Counted from the stretch's first letter, positions 9,883-19,210 are shown. The stretch: DNA of 64,000 bases from Candidatus Aenigmatarchaeota archaeon (GCA_016932215.1 JAFGDH010000019.1:1817-65816); one strand, 5' to 3'. Translations and numbers: made by a program. Notes: generated by a model not told the origin, from the sequence alone.

Positions 9883-10110
9883 ATGAAGGGTATGGGAAGA
9901 GGATGGGTACCAGCCAGAGAAATATATGCTTTTCTTGAACAGGGCAACGCAGTGAAATTAACATATAAGATCCGTCTCTGCCTAAATACTTCAGGGTCAG
10001 GAAATTATACCAGATTCACGATGTAACCGAAGATTGTATTGTTCTCAGAGATGGTAATGGAAAAAAATATCATGTTAATTCTGCTTATCTCCAGGCCAAA
10101 CGACCTTCAT
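9883..10110 (+). pseudogene. possible frameshifted small gene
   Basis: A 47-aa ORF (MKGMGRGWVPAREIYAFLEQGNAVKLTYK..) is followed in the -1 frame by a start-less protein-like run (DPSLPKYFRVRKLYQIHDVTEDCIVLRDGNGKKYHVNSAYLQAKRPS). Confidence 0.25.
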
Positions 10111-10339
10111 GGATGCGTGGATGAATATGGCCGAAAATGAGCGTACTTCTGCGAAATATTTTATCGGCGGAATGCCGTATATATTCGCTGCAGTCCTTAT
10201 GGCAGGCGTAACGACGAATCTGAGCGAATTTTATGATCAAAAATCGGAAATCATCGGCAAGGCGATTAACGGGGTGCCTCTTTCTGTGGAAACTGATCAG
10301 AAATTATACAAAATGATCGGTGAACAAAATTTATATTAA
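10109..10339 (+). CDS. hypothetical small membrane protein (76 aa)
   Basis: ORF with one hydrophobic helix (GGMPYIFAAVLMAGV). Confidence 0.35.
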   Translation: MDAWMNMAENERTSAKYFIGGMPYIFAAVLMAGVTTNLSEFYDQKSEIIGKAINGVPLSVETDQKLYKMIGEQNLY

Positions 10340-10359
10340 GCCGGCATCAACATAATAAT

Positions 10360-10881
10360 ATGGCATATCGCATCAAAGCACTTATTATCTTCGTCATAGG
10401 CGTGATAATAGCAGCATCCGGGATAGTGATTTTGATCCAGTTCCCGGACCTTTTCCAGGAGAACACCAAGACATATTCCTTCGCGATAATGCTGGTGGGT
10501 CTCGTTTTTGTGGCCTTCGGCGCGGTGTGGGGGAAGAAGAGGATAGTAAAGGAAAAGAAGAAGGGCGACTTCTTTTCCCAGGCCATGAAGAAGTTCGACG
10601 ACAAGGGAAAGGGAAAGAAGGAAGAAAAACCCAAGGAAAAGAGGAAGGGCAGGGGATTTTTCGGCAGGATGAAGGACAAGAAGGAAAAGCCGGAAGAGCC
10701 CGCAAAGGAGGAGCTCTCCGGGAAAAAGCTGGATTCCTTCCTCAACACGGCGGAAAAAAACGTCGTCAAGATATACATATGCCCGGGATGCGGGTCGGAG
10801 AACCCGGAAGGGCACAAGTTCTGCTCCGAGTGCGGGAAGAAGCTGAAGTTTCTGAAACCCCCGAAAAAGGGAAAGAAATAG
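10360..10881 (+). CDS. membrane-anchored zinc-ribbon protein with Lys/Glu-rich linker
   Basis: Two N-terminal TM helices, a K/E-rich low-complexity stretch, and a C-terminal CPGCGSENPEGHKFCSECG zinc ribbon. Confidence 0.7.
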   Translation: MAYRIKALIIFVIGVIIAASGIVILIQFPDLFQENTKTYSFAIMLVGLVFVAFGAVWGKKRIVKEKKKGDFFSQAMKKFDDKGKGKKEEKPKEKRKGRGFFGRMKDKKEKPEEPAKEELSGKKLDSFLNTAEKNVVKIYICPGCGSENPEGHKFCSECGKKLKFLKPPKKGKK

Positions 10882-10917
10882 GTCCGTTTTTATATTGTTT
10901 CGTTCCAACTATATTCT

Positions 10918-13623
10918 ATGCGTGGTGTCGGGCGGGTCATTTTAGCCGTTCTGGTGATATTTTTCGTGATACTTTCCATAGTCATGAGCATATACGCCGA
11001 CCTTTTCTGGTTCCTCATGCTGGGATACGAGAACGTTTTCCTCACGATCCTGTTCACCCGTCTGGAGCTGTGGTTCCTGTTCTTCTCGCTGTTCTTCATT
11101 TTTGCGCTGGTTAACATAGGCGTTGCCAAGAGAACGTGCATGGGGAAGGGGAAGAAGAAGAGGAAGACGAAGACCGAGGACAGGATAACGATAATGGTTT
11201 CGTTCTTCATTTCCGTCATAATAGGCTCGGTCTTCTCGAACTGGGAGGTCGTCCTCAGGTACCTCAACCAGGTCCCCTTCCAGGGGAACGATCCGGTATT
11301 CGGCCTGAACATAGGGTTTTACGTTTTCGATCTTCCGTTGTACTCGTTCCTTATAGGATTCGCGGCAGCGACCGTCGTCCTCACGCTCGTCATAACCTTC
11401 ATTTCCTACGCAGTCTATTCCCAGTCCTTCAGGAAGCAGGAGCCGGGCGAGAATGCCGTGCTCCAGATGCCTAATGTCCCTTCCTATACCATAGACATGA
11501 AGGCGATGGAGAAGAAGGTCGTCCCCCATGCCAGCTTCCTTATAGGGTTGCTATTTATTGTGATTTCCGTTGCCCTCTTCTTCGGGAGGTACGGTCTTCT
11601 GTTTTCCCCGGCCGGTGTCGTGTTCGGGGCGGGGTACACCGACATACACATAATGCTACCTCTGATCACGTTGCTTTCGGTCGTTGCCTTCATAGTCGGC
11701 ATACTGTTCATTCTCAACTTCAGGATGAACAGGACCGGCCTGATACTCAAGCTGATAGGAGGCTTCATAGCCATAGCGGTTCTCGGGATGATCGTCTCCG
11801 GAGTGACACAGGCGTTCATCGTGACACCGAACGAGTACAACCTCGAGAGCGAGTACATAGGGAGGAACATCAATTTCACGCTTGCCGCATACGGTCTCGA
11901 CAGCATGAACGAGAGGATATTCCCGATCTCCTACAACCTTTCCGGTTCTGACATAGAGAAGAATTCCGGGACAATAGACAACATCCGCCTGTGGGACTGG
12001 AGGCCGCTGATGATCACATACAACCAGCTCCAGCTTTTCCGTACATACTACAGCTTCTGGGACGTGGACATAGACAGGTACAAGATAAACGGCGGCTACA
12101 AGGAGGTCATGCTTTCCGCGAGGGGGCTGGACACGGGGAACCTCCCGGAAAAGGCAAAGACGTGGATAAACGAGCACATGGTTTACACGCATGGTTACGG
12201 GCTTGTCATGAACCCGGTGGATAAAGTCACCGCTGACGGCCAGCCCGAGTTCTACATGCAGGACATACCCCCCAAATCAGATTATTTCACGGTCGACAGG
12301 CCGGAGATATATTACGGCGAAGGGATGAATGAATACGCCCTGGTGAAAACGACGACAGAGGAATTCGATTACCCCAGCGGCGAGCAGAACATTTACACCA
12401 GCTACGAGGGGACCGGCGGCGTTCCGCTTTCCGACGGTTTCAGGCGGCTGGTCTATGCAGTCAATTTCGGTTCAATCGAGCTCCTGCTTTCGGGTTCGCT
12501 TACAGAAGAAAGCCGTGTCCTGATGTACAGGGACATAGGCGAGAGGGTATCGTCCATCGCTCCCTTCCTGTCGTACGACCGTGACCCTTACATAGTCCTT
12601 TCGAACGGGAGGCTGTACTGGATGCTTGACGCTTACACGACGACTGACATGTATCCATACTCCGAGCCGATGTACGTCGGCAAGAGGAGCTATTTCAACT
12701 ATATCAGGAACTCCGTTAAGGTGGTCGTGGACGCATACAACGGTGACGTCACATTTTACGTGATCGACAGCGACGACCCCGTGATCAAAGCATACGGGAA
12801 GATGTTCCCCGGGCTTTTCGAGAGCTTCGAGAGCATGGATCCGGACCTGAAGGACCACATTCGCTATCCTGAGGACCTTTTCAGCATACAGGCGGCCCTT
12901 TACTCCGAATATCACATGAACGATCCGAGGGTGTTCTACAACAAGGAAGACACCTGGGTTATTCCTAACGAGATATACAGGGGTTCCAGGCAGGAGATGC
13001 AGCCCTACTACGTTATAGTCAGGCTTCCCGGGTACGAGAAGGAGAAGTTCATATTGATGATACCGTTCATACCGAGGGGGAAGGAGAATCTCATCGGCTG
13101 GATGGCGGCTGTGTCGGACTTCCCGGACTACGGCAACCTGGTGGTCTACAAGTTTTCCAAACAGGAACTCACTTACGGTCCGATGCAGATAGAGGCCAGA
13201 ATCGATCAGGACACCGAGATATCCCAGCTCATCACACTCTGGTCCCAGGCCGGGTCCGACGTGATCAGGGGAAACACGCTGGTCATACCTATCGAAGACT
13301 CGATCGTCTACATAGAACCGTTGTATTTGGAAGCGACAGAAAAGGGAACCCTTCCCGAGCTGAAGAGGGTCATAGTGGTATACGGGAACGACCTGGTGAT
13401 GAAGGATACACTCGCTGACGCTCTGGCGGATGTGTTCGGAAGCGTGACCAGCGTCCCGCAGAAGCCTCCGGCAGGCCTTCCAACGACTTCAGACGAGACA
13501 CTGTCGCAGATATCCGATCTTTACGGCAGGGCCCAGTCATCCCTCAGGACGGGCGACCTGAAGACTTATGCAGAATACATGGAACAGATAGAGCAGCTTC
13601 TCGAGAACTGGAAATCCTCTTAA
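10918..13623 (+). CDS. UPF0182 family membrane protein
   Basis: 901 aa with a multi-TM N-terminus and family blocks NIRLWDWRP, FRTYYSFWDVDIDRY, HTHGYG, YYGE, EFDYP, YPEDLF, DPRVFYNKED. Confidence 0.9.
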   Translation: MRGVGRVILAVLVIFFVILSIVMSIYADLFWFLMLGYENVFLTILFTRLELWFLFFSLFFIFALVNIGVAKRTCMGKGKKKRKTKTEDRITIMVSFFISVIIGSVFSNWEVVLRYLNQVPFQGNDPVFGLNIGFYVFDLPLYSFLIGFAAATVVLTLVITFISYAVYSQSFRKQEPGENAVLQMPNVPSYTIDMKAMEKKVVPHASFLIGLLFIVISVALFFGRYGLLFSPAGVVFGAGYTDIHIMLPLITLLSVVAFIVGILFILNFRMNRTGLILKLIGGFIAIAVLGMIVSGVTQAFIVTPNEYNLESEYIGRNINFTLAAYGLDSMNERIFPISYNLSGSDIEKNSGTIDNIRLWDWRPLMITYNQLQLFRTYYSFWDVDIDRYKINGGYKEVMLSARGLDTGNLPEKAKTWINEHMVYTHGYGLVMNPVDKVTADGQPEFYMQDIPPKSDYFTVDRPEIYYGEGMNEYALVKTTTEEFDYPSGEQNIYTSYEGTGGVPLSDGFRRLVYAVNFGSIELLLSGSLTEESRVLMYRDIGERVSSIAPFLSYDRDPYIVLSNGRLYWMLDAYTTTDMYPYSEPMYVGKRSYFNYIRNSVKVVVDAYNGDVTFYVIDSDDPVIKAYGKMFPGLFESFESMDPDLKDHIRYPEDLFSIQAALYSEYHMNDPRVFYNKEDTWVIPNEIYRGSRQEMQPYYVIVRLPGYEKEKFILMIPFIPRGKENLIGWMAAVSDFPDYGNLVVYKFSKQELTYGPMQIEARIDQDTEISQLITLWSQAGSDVIRGNTLVIPIEDSIVYIEPLYLEATEKGTLPELKRVIVVYGNDLVMKDTLADALADVFGSVTSVPQKPPAGLPTTSDETLSQISDLYGRAQSSLRTGDLKTYAEYMEQIEQLLENWKSS

Positions 13624-13635
13624 ACAGTCAAAAAA

Positions 13636-14427
13636 TCAGGCCATGTGTTTCTTCACTATCTCTACCATCTTCTCATGATGGATGCCGTTGCTGGAGACGG
13701 CTGCAGGCCGTTCCTGCCCCCTCACCGGGACGTATGTGAACTTCCCGCCGGCTTCCCTTACTATCACGTCTCCCGCCGCTATGTCCCACGGCTTCGGGTC
13801 GTTGTGGAACCCGTAATCCATCCCGCCTTCCGCTATCATGCACAGTTCGATGGAACAGCAGTGGAGCATCTTCCTCCCGAGATGAGGGACTGTTTTGAAG
13901 AACTCCCTGATTATTTTCTGGCATTTTTCCACCCGCTTCTTGTCTGTATGCGAGTCAACCACGAGGCAGGGCAATCTCATACTTTCGTCTGAAACCCGGA
14001 GCCTTTTCGTTTTCCCTTCATGCTCGACGTATGCCCCGCTCCCCTCGGAGGCGAAATACAGTTTTTTGAAGAAAGGGGCGTAGACCACTCCTATTATCCC
14101 CTTCCCGTTGTGGCGAACGCCCATCGAAACGGCGAACACGGGATCCCCGCGAACGAAGTTGTTCGTCCCGTCCAGGGGATCGATCACCCATTCGTATTCG
14201 TTCCCCTTCTTGTCCGGGTTCTCCTCGCTCACTATCCCGTGGTCCGGGTACTTCTCATGTATCGCATTCCTTATGAAGCTGTCGCTTTCCATGTCCGCTT
14301 CCGAGACGAAGGAGTAATCTGCCTTCACTTCAGAATTCAGTTCCTCAGCCTCGAAATACTTCAGAAGTATTTCCCCCGCCTTCAGGGCTATCCCCTTCGC
14401 AAATTCGAGAAGCTCGGAATTGTCCAT
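13636..14427 (-). CDS. suhB: inositol monophosphatase / FBPase family protein
   Basis: Motifs SEE, WVIDPLDGTNNF and WDIAAG. 263 aa. Confidence 0.9.
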   Translation of the reverse strand: MDNSELLEFAKGIALKAGEILLKYFEAEELNSEVKADYSFVSEADMESDSFIRNAIHEKYPDHGIVSEENPDKKGNEYEWVIDPLDGTNNFVRGDPVFAVSMGVRHNGKGIIGVVYAPFFKKLYFASEGSGAYVEHEGKTKRLRVSDESMRLPCLVVDSHTDKKRVEKCQKIIREFFKTVPHLGRKMLHCCSIELCMIAEGGMDYGFHNDPKPWDIAAGDVIVREAGGKFTYVPVRGQERPAAVSSNGIHHEKMVEIVKKHMA

Positions 14428-14538
14428 ATCATCACAATTAGAATAAATTCGGATTCAGATATAAAAATCCCGTTTTTAAAATAATAAATGGTTTTCGCGG
14501 GTCAACCTTTATGATCCCGCCTGGACCGGGGTGATTTT

Positions 14539-15210
14539 ATGGAAACAGAAAGAGTGGGTATTCCTCTTCTCGGAGAGAAATTTCCCGATATGACGGTCAA
14601 GACTACGCACGGTATTCTTGAGCTGCCGAAACATTTTGCGGGAAAATGGTTTGTGCTTTTCAGCCACCCGGGTGATTTTACGCCCGTTTGCACCACGGAA
14701 TTCGTCAGCTTCGCGAAGAAGAACAACGAATTCAGAAAACTCGGGAGCGAGCTAATCGGTCTTTCGATAGACCAGGTTTTTTCCCATATAAAGTGGGTGG
14801 AGTGGATAAAGGAGAACCTCAAGACCGAGATACCTTTTCCCGTTATAGCCGACGACATGGGAAACGTTTCAAAGAAGCTGGGTATGATACACCCGGGCAA
14901 GGGTACGAACACGGTGAGGGCGGTTTTCATAGTCGATCCGAATGGGTTCCTGAGGCTGATGGTTTATTACCCGCAGGAGATCGGGAGGAACATGGACGAG
15001 ATACTCAGGGCGCTTAAGGCTCTTCAGGTGTCCGACGCCAACAAGGTTGCCATGCCTGCGAACTGGCCGAAAAACGAGCTGATCGGTGATCAGGTCATAG
15101 TTCCCCCGGCGAGCGACGTGAAAACGGCCGAGATGAGAAAAAATCAGAAGGAATACAAATGTTATGACTGGTGGCTGTGCTACAAGAAGCTGCCGGAAAA
15201 TAGGAGGTGA
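14539..15210 (+). CDS. peroxiredoxin (archaeal Prx6-like)
   Basis: [14 protein letters not shown] peroxidatic Cys motif. C-terminal [21 protein letters not shown] upstream. Confidence 0.9.
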   Translation: METERVGIPLLGEKFPDMTVKTTHGILELPKHFAGKWFVLFSHPGDFTPVCTTEFVSFAKKNNEFRKLGSELIGLSIDQVFSHIKWVEWIKENLKTEIPFPVIADDMGNVSKKLGMIHPGKGTNTVRAVFIVDPNGFLRLMVYYPQEIGRNMDEILRALKALQVSDANKVAMPANWPKNELIGDQVIVPPASDVKTAEMRKNQKEYKCYDWWLCYKKLPENRR

Positions 15211-15503
15211 TTTGTGTGTTGTCTAAAATACCTATTGATTTGTCAAAAGTGAGAAAAGAGGATATTGATACCGAGATAATGCGTGCGGGCGTCATTGCCG
15301 AGCTGGATGCCATAAACCTTTACGAGCAGATGGCCGCGCTCGCCGGCGACGAGAACCTCAGGAAGGTGCTCCTTGCCATAGCCAAGGAAGAGAAGGAGCA
15401 CGTCGGCGAGTTCCAGACCCTTCTTCTAAGGGCGGACAAGGAGCAGGTAAAGGAGATGGAAGAGGGGAAGAAAGAGGTCGAGGAGATGACGGGGGTGTCC
15501 TGA
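15207..15503 (+). CDS. EncFtn-type ferritin-like di-iron protein
   Basis: [10 protein letters not shown] ... [11 protein letters not shown] matches the encapsulated-ferritin motif pair (ExxH). The GTG overlaps the Prx stop. The true start may be GTG/TTG at 15216-15219, after the GGAGGTGA SD. Confidence 0.8.
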   Translation: MICVLSKIPIDLSKVRKEDIDTEIMRAGVIAELDAINLYEQMAALAGDENLRKVLLAIAKEEKEHVGEFQTLLLRADKEQVKEMEEGKKEVEEMTGVS

Positions 15504-15877
15504 TGACCGAATTCAGGCAAATATACAAGTGCGAGATATGCGGGAACATAGTTGAAGTCCTTCACACCGGCGTTGGAGAACTCGTATGCTGCGGGCAGCC
15601 CATGAAGCTTATGAAGGAGCAGACAGCTGACGAGGGAAAGGAGAAGCACGTCCCGGTCGTGGAAAGAAGGGAAAAAGTCCTGGACGTCAAGGTAGGTTCT
15701 GTTCCCCATCCCATGGAGGAGAAGCATTACATAGAGTGGGTCGAGATCTTTTCCGACGGGACGCTCTGCAGGAGGTTCCTGAAGCCGGGCAACAGGCCGG
15801 AGAGCGAATTCTGCCTGGTCTCCGAGAAGTTGGAATCGAGGGAATACTGCAACGTTCACGGCCTCTGGAAGTCGTAA
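15503..15877 (+). CDS. dfx: desulfoferrodoxin (2Fe superoxide reductase)
   Basis: N-terminal desulforedoxin CEICGNIVEV..VCCGQPM plus an SOR domain (KHVPV..., HPMEEKHYIEW). The ATG overlaps the upstream TGA (TGATG). Confidence 0.9.
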   Translation: MTEFRQIYKCEICGNIVEVLHTGVGELVCCGQPMKLMKEQTADEGKEKHVPVVERREKVLDVKVGSVPHPMEEKHYIEWVEIFSDGTLCRRFLKPGNRPESEFCLVSEKLESREYCNVHGLWKS

Positions 15878-15926
15878 ATGACTATGAACTGCCTGATTGA
15901 GTGAAGTCAGGCAGCCGGAATTTTTT

Positions 15927-16568
15927 TTATTCAAACAATTCCAGCACCTTTTTTGATATTTCTCCGGGTTTCAGTATGAAATCGTAATGCCCCGTTTCAA
16001 TCGCGTTTTCCGGTATTTTCGGATTGCTTGCGGTTTCCGGGTCCTGTATTATTACCTTCGCGCCCCTTTCCTTTGCCATTCCCAGCGCGAAAGATCCGTC
16101 ATCCCCGTTGCCGCTGAGAATAATCAGGACCATGTCCTCTCCGTAACCGCAATCCAGAAGGCTTCTTATCGAATAATTGAATTCCTGGCGCATATCCGCT
16201 GGTTCGGTGTTTACGTATTTTCTTGAAAAAACAATATTTCCGTTACTTTTCAACGGAACATATATGTTGGTTTCCCCCCTTGACAGTTCATGAACCGTAA
16301 CGTCATGACAATTATAAAACAGTTTTTTGCCCTCCAAAACCGTACCCTCTCTTGCATGATTTTTAGTCAGATTTTTTGCGAATCTCCTGCCAAGGGCGCT
16401 GCTGTCGTGACTGTGAGGTATGTGCTCAAGAAAATACACGGACCCCTTACTTTTCAGCCTTTTAAGATATCCGTCCACTGATTCGTAAAATGCCCTGTGG
16501 CCTCCTCTTGAACCCATGAAGAATGCCAGTCTGGGTCTTTCGTATTCCATAAAAATAAATGCCGGCAA
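15927..16568 (-). CDS. CheB-type methylesterase domain protein (no receiver domain)
   Basis: Aligns by eye to the CheB catalytic domain: GSRGG (GASTGG), EHIPHS (QHMPPG), ILSGNGDDG (LTGMGNDG), VIIQDPETA (IAQNEAS). Confidence 0.65.
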   Translation of the reverse strand: MPAFIFMEYERPRLAFFMGSRGGHRAFYESVDGYLKRLKSKGSVYFLEHIPHSHDSSALGRRFAKNLTKNHAREGTVLEGKKLFYNCHDVTVHELSRGETNIYVPLKSNGNIVFSRKYVNTEPADMRQEFNYSIRSLLDCGYGEDMVLIILSGNGDDGSFALGMAKERGAKVIIQDPETASNPKIPENAIETGHYDFILKPGEISKKVLELFE

Positions 16569-16648
16569 AAATTTTTATTTTGATCTTTCGGCGTTTGCCG
16601 AAGAAATCGGGATGGTTTATAAGGGGCCTAATGGAATAATATATTGAG

Positions 16649-17116
16649 GTGGTCTTCATGAAATTGCATTATCTGTGCGCTGTTTCTGTGATTTTGATGG
16701 TGGTCTTAATTTCCGGATGCGTGACCGAGCAGCCCATAGGCGGAGATACGGACGAGCACGGATGCCTGATAGCTGCCGGCTATAGCTGGTGCCAGAACAA
16801 GGAGAAGTGCCTGAGGGTATGGGAGGAGCCGTGCGTGACCAGCTTCGAAGAATGCGTGACGGAGGGGAATCCGGTGATGGAGAGCTACCCGAGGCAGTGC
16901 TCGACGCCTGAAGGCGAAACTTTCACCGAAGACACAGGCGGGGAGGCTGGTCTTGCAAACCCGGCTTCGGTGTACTGCCTGGAACAGGGAGGGACGACAG
17001 TCTTCCATGAAACTGCCGAAGGAACGGCAGGATACTGCGAGATAGCGGTGGGCGTTTTGTGCGAGGAATGGGAATACTTCAGGTCGAACGGGACCGTCTG
17101 CAACGGGATCGAATAG
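16649..17116 (+). CDS. DUF333-domain lipoprotein
   Basis: Lipobox LISGC. NPASVYCLEQGG...GYCEI..CEEWEYFRS matches DUF333. The start may instead be ATG at 16658. Confidence 0.75.
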   Translation: MVFMKLHYLCAVSVILMVVLISGCVTEQPIGGDTDEHGCLIAAGYSWCQNKEKCLRVWEEPCVTSFEECVTEGNPVMESYPRQCSTPEGETFTEDTGGEAGLANPASVYCLEQGGTTVFHETAEGTAGYCEIAVGVLCEEWEYFRSNGTVCNGIE

Positions 17117-17359
17117 GTCCCTTCCCCTTCTTTCCCGTAAAACGGAAAGTATTTATTCTGCCGGCAAAATATTATATTATAAAAGAGGTGTCTGCATGGG
17201 ATGCTGTTGCGGGAGCAGTAAGAAAAAGAAGTGATAATAGGCCATAAGGGGTGTTTTAATGGGATTTGTTCAGAAAATCAGGGGTTTGTTCAAGAAAAAT
17301 AAAAAAGTTGCGGCAGAGCCTGCATAGGGTAATCCAATTGCTGACTTGGCGGGATCGGT

Positions 17360-17488
17360 ATGCCTGTAAAGTTCATGGGGGAAAGGTACAGATGTGAAAT
17401 CTGCGGTAACGAGGTTAGTGTTACCAAGGTCGGCGGGGGAATTCTTTCCTGCTGCGATCAGCCGATGACCCTCCTCGAAGAGGAATGA
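17360..17488 (+). CDS. desulforedoxin-like rubredoxin-type protein (42 aa), missed by ORF track
   Basis: Reads [42 protein letters not shown]. The CxxC...CC motif is nearly identical to the N-terminus of the dfx product at 15503. The track shows only an antisense ORF here. Confidence 0.75.
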   Translation: MPVKFMGERYRCEICGNEVSVTKVGGGILSCCDQPMTLLEEE

Positions 17489-17717
17489 AAAGACCATTGA
17501 CACTTGTTCATTTTTCATTATTCACTACTCCGGGTTAACATAAACGGCGTTATAATCAGGAAACAAAAACCGACATACAGCAATGATACAATCTCTGCAA
17601 AACCTATGTTCAAAAATATATTTTTTGACTTATTTTTTTGATCATGGATATGTATATAAACCCCTCTCCACATAACATTAAGTATTATTTGGTAGGTCGG
17701 GGTTGGGGTGTTTTTTC

Positions 17718-17760
17718 GATCTGGATTTGTATTGTTCCAGATCAGTTTTCTTTTCTTTCT
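17718..17760 (+). terminator. hairpin plus T-rich tract
   Basis: GATCTGGA-N10-TCCAGATC (8-bp stem) followed by AGTTTTCTTTTCTTTCT. Confidence 0.3.
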
Positions 17761-17801
17761 GGGTAAGGATGCTGATTTAAAATTTATTTCTAAATACAGC
17801 T

Positions 17802-18044
17802 ATGTCTAAAATCCCGAGTTATTGCGTGACCGTGACCAAGGAGAGCGGAAATTTCGGTCCATCGGACGGATACCACATGAGGGACGTATCGACTGATCTT
17901 GGAATGACCATGGTTTTAATGGCAGAGCCCGTCTTTAAAGGCAAGGTAATGGTGGTTAACGTCATTGGGCAGATCGGAGAGAGCGAGCTCAAAGGTTATT
18001 TCTCAAGATTCGGGAAAGTCTACTGCGAATCTTTGGACGAATGA
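17802..18044 (+). CDS. hypothetical protein (80 aa)
   Basis: ORF only. Confidence 0.4.
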   Translation: MSKIPSYCVTVTKESGNFGPSDGYHMRDVSTDLGMTMVLMAEPVFKGKVMVVNVIGQIGESELKGYFSRFGKVYCESLDE

Positions 18045-18087
18045 ATGCACTGTTCAAACTTATATTTTTTGCTCCCAATTTCTATGT

Positions 18088-18498
18088 ATGGCCGGTCATA
18101 AGATACACGTCACGCTGGATTCCAAGCTTTCCTGGAACATCAATTCGCCCCATCCCGTGATAACTGCGCTCAAGGAGATGGAGAACGGGGGGATGGTGAA
18201 GATACATACAGCGGATTCCCTGATGGAAAGGCTGGAGAAGGTGGACCAGAGGACCTACGGGATGATACGGGACGTTACCCACTGGGGGCGCGGAGCGAAA
18301 ACGCTGGACGACCATACGGACATATGCCTGATGGCAGACCACCACGATTCGAAGAGGGACTATTTCCTGACGCTCAGCGAGGACAAGATCCTCCGGAGGA
18401 AGGATAAGCTCGCCAAGCTCGGGATCAACGCGAGGCTGCCTGACACCGAATTCCTTAAAGAGATAAGGGAACACGCCGAGAGGGAGTTCCCGGTTTAG
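18088..18498 (+). CDS. hypothetical protein (136 aa)
   Basis: Internal ATG at 18088 (MAGHKIHVTLD..). The upstream extension overlaps the previous ORF. Confidence 0.5.
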   Translation: MAGHKIHVTLDSKLSWNINSPHPVITALKEMENGGMVKIHTADSLMERLEKVDQRTYGMIRDVTHWGRGAKTLDDHTDICLMADHHDSKRDYFLTLSEDKILRRKDKLAKLGINARLPDTEFLKEIREHAEREFPV

Positions 18499-18558
18499 TT
18501 TATTTTCGGCCAAGACCGAAACATTCCGAATGGTTTATAAACGGTCTTCTTTTAATAA

Positions 18559-19155
18559 TTGATTATGGCAGATGACAAGATCACCCTGGACAGGGATACT
18601 TTCAAGACGCTGGCTTCAGGGACCAGGGTCGATATCCTGAAGTCCCTGGACAGCCGGAGGAAGACGCTTTCGGAGCTTTCCAATCAGTTTTCGATGTCCG
18701 TCTCCACGATCAAGGAACACCTGGACAATCTGGTAAAGGCCGGCCTGATAGAACAGGAGGACGACGGCCACAAGTGGAAGTATTACGACCTGACGAAGAA
18801 GGGCAAGCGTATTTTACATCCAGAGGACGCCAGGATATGGATAATGCTCGCCGTATCGGCGTTCGCCCTTTTGGGGATAGGGTACGACATGATCTCGAGA
18901 TACATGTTCTCTCCGTTCTATTCCGCCGCAGCGAACGCTCCCGACGCGCTGATCAGGAGCACCGAAGCCGGGAAGGAGATCGCACAGGCGCCCATGGCCG
19001 GGGGAACGGCAGAAACCTTTGGCCAGGCCGCAGTCCAGACAATCCCCTGGCTGCACATAGCCGGAATAGTCGTCTTTGGCATACTTCTTGGCTTATGCGT
19101 GGGATACGTCATAATGGCCAGAAAAAGGACTTCCGGGATGTTCGAACAGGCGTGA
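18559..19155 (+). CDS. ArsR-like winged-helix regulator with C-terminal membrane segments
   Basis: LASGTRVDILKSLDSRRKTLSELSNQFSMSVSTIKEHLDNLVKAGLI is an ArsR/SmtB-type wHTH. Two hydrophobic helices follow. Confidence 0.75.
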   Translation: MIMADDKITLDRDTFKTLASGTRVDILKSLDSRRKTLSELSNQFSMSVSTIKEHLDNLVKAGLIEQEDDGHKWKYYDLTKKGKRILHPEDARIWIMLAVSAFALLGIGYDMISRYMFSPFYSAAANAPDALIRSTEAGKEIAQAPMAGGTAETFGQAAVQTIPWLHIAGIVVFGILLGLCVGYVIMARKRTSGMFEQA

Positions 19156-19210
19156 TCTTTACAAAAATTTTATGTAAGAGTCGCTTAAATTATTAACCGG
19201 TTCATGATTA

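Noticed and set aside
10336-11114. ORFs 10336..10908(-), 10347..10817(-), 10394..10705(-), 10527..11114(+)
   Set aside because: They are generated by the Lys/Glu-rich low-complexity (AAG/GAA) coding stretch of the zinc-ribbon membrane protein. They are not independent genes.
17270-17518. 82-aa minus-strand track ORF
   Set aside because: It is antisense to a textbook desulforedoxin ORF (17360..17488 +) and has odd composition. It is most likely a shadow ORF.
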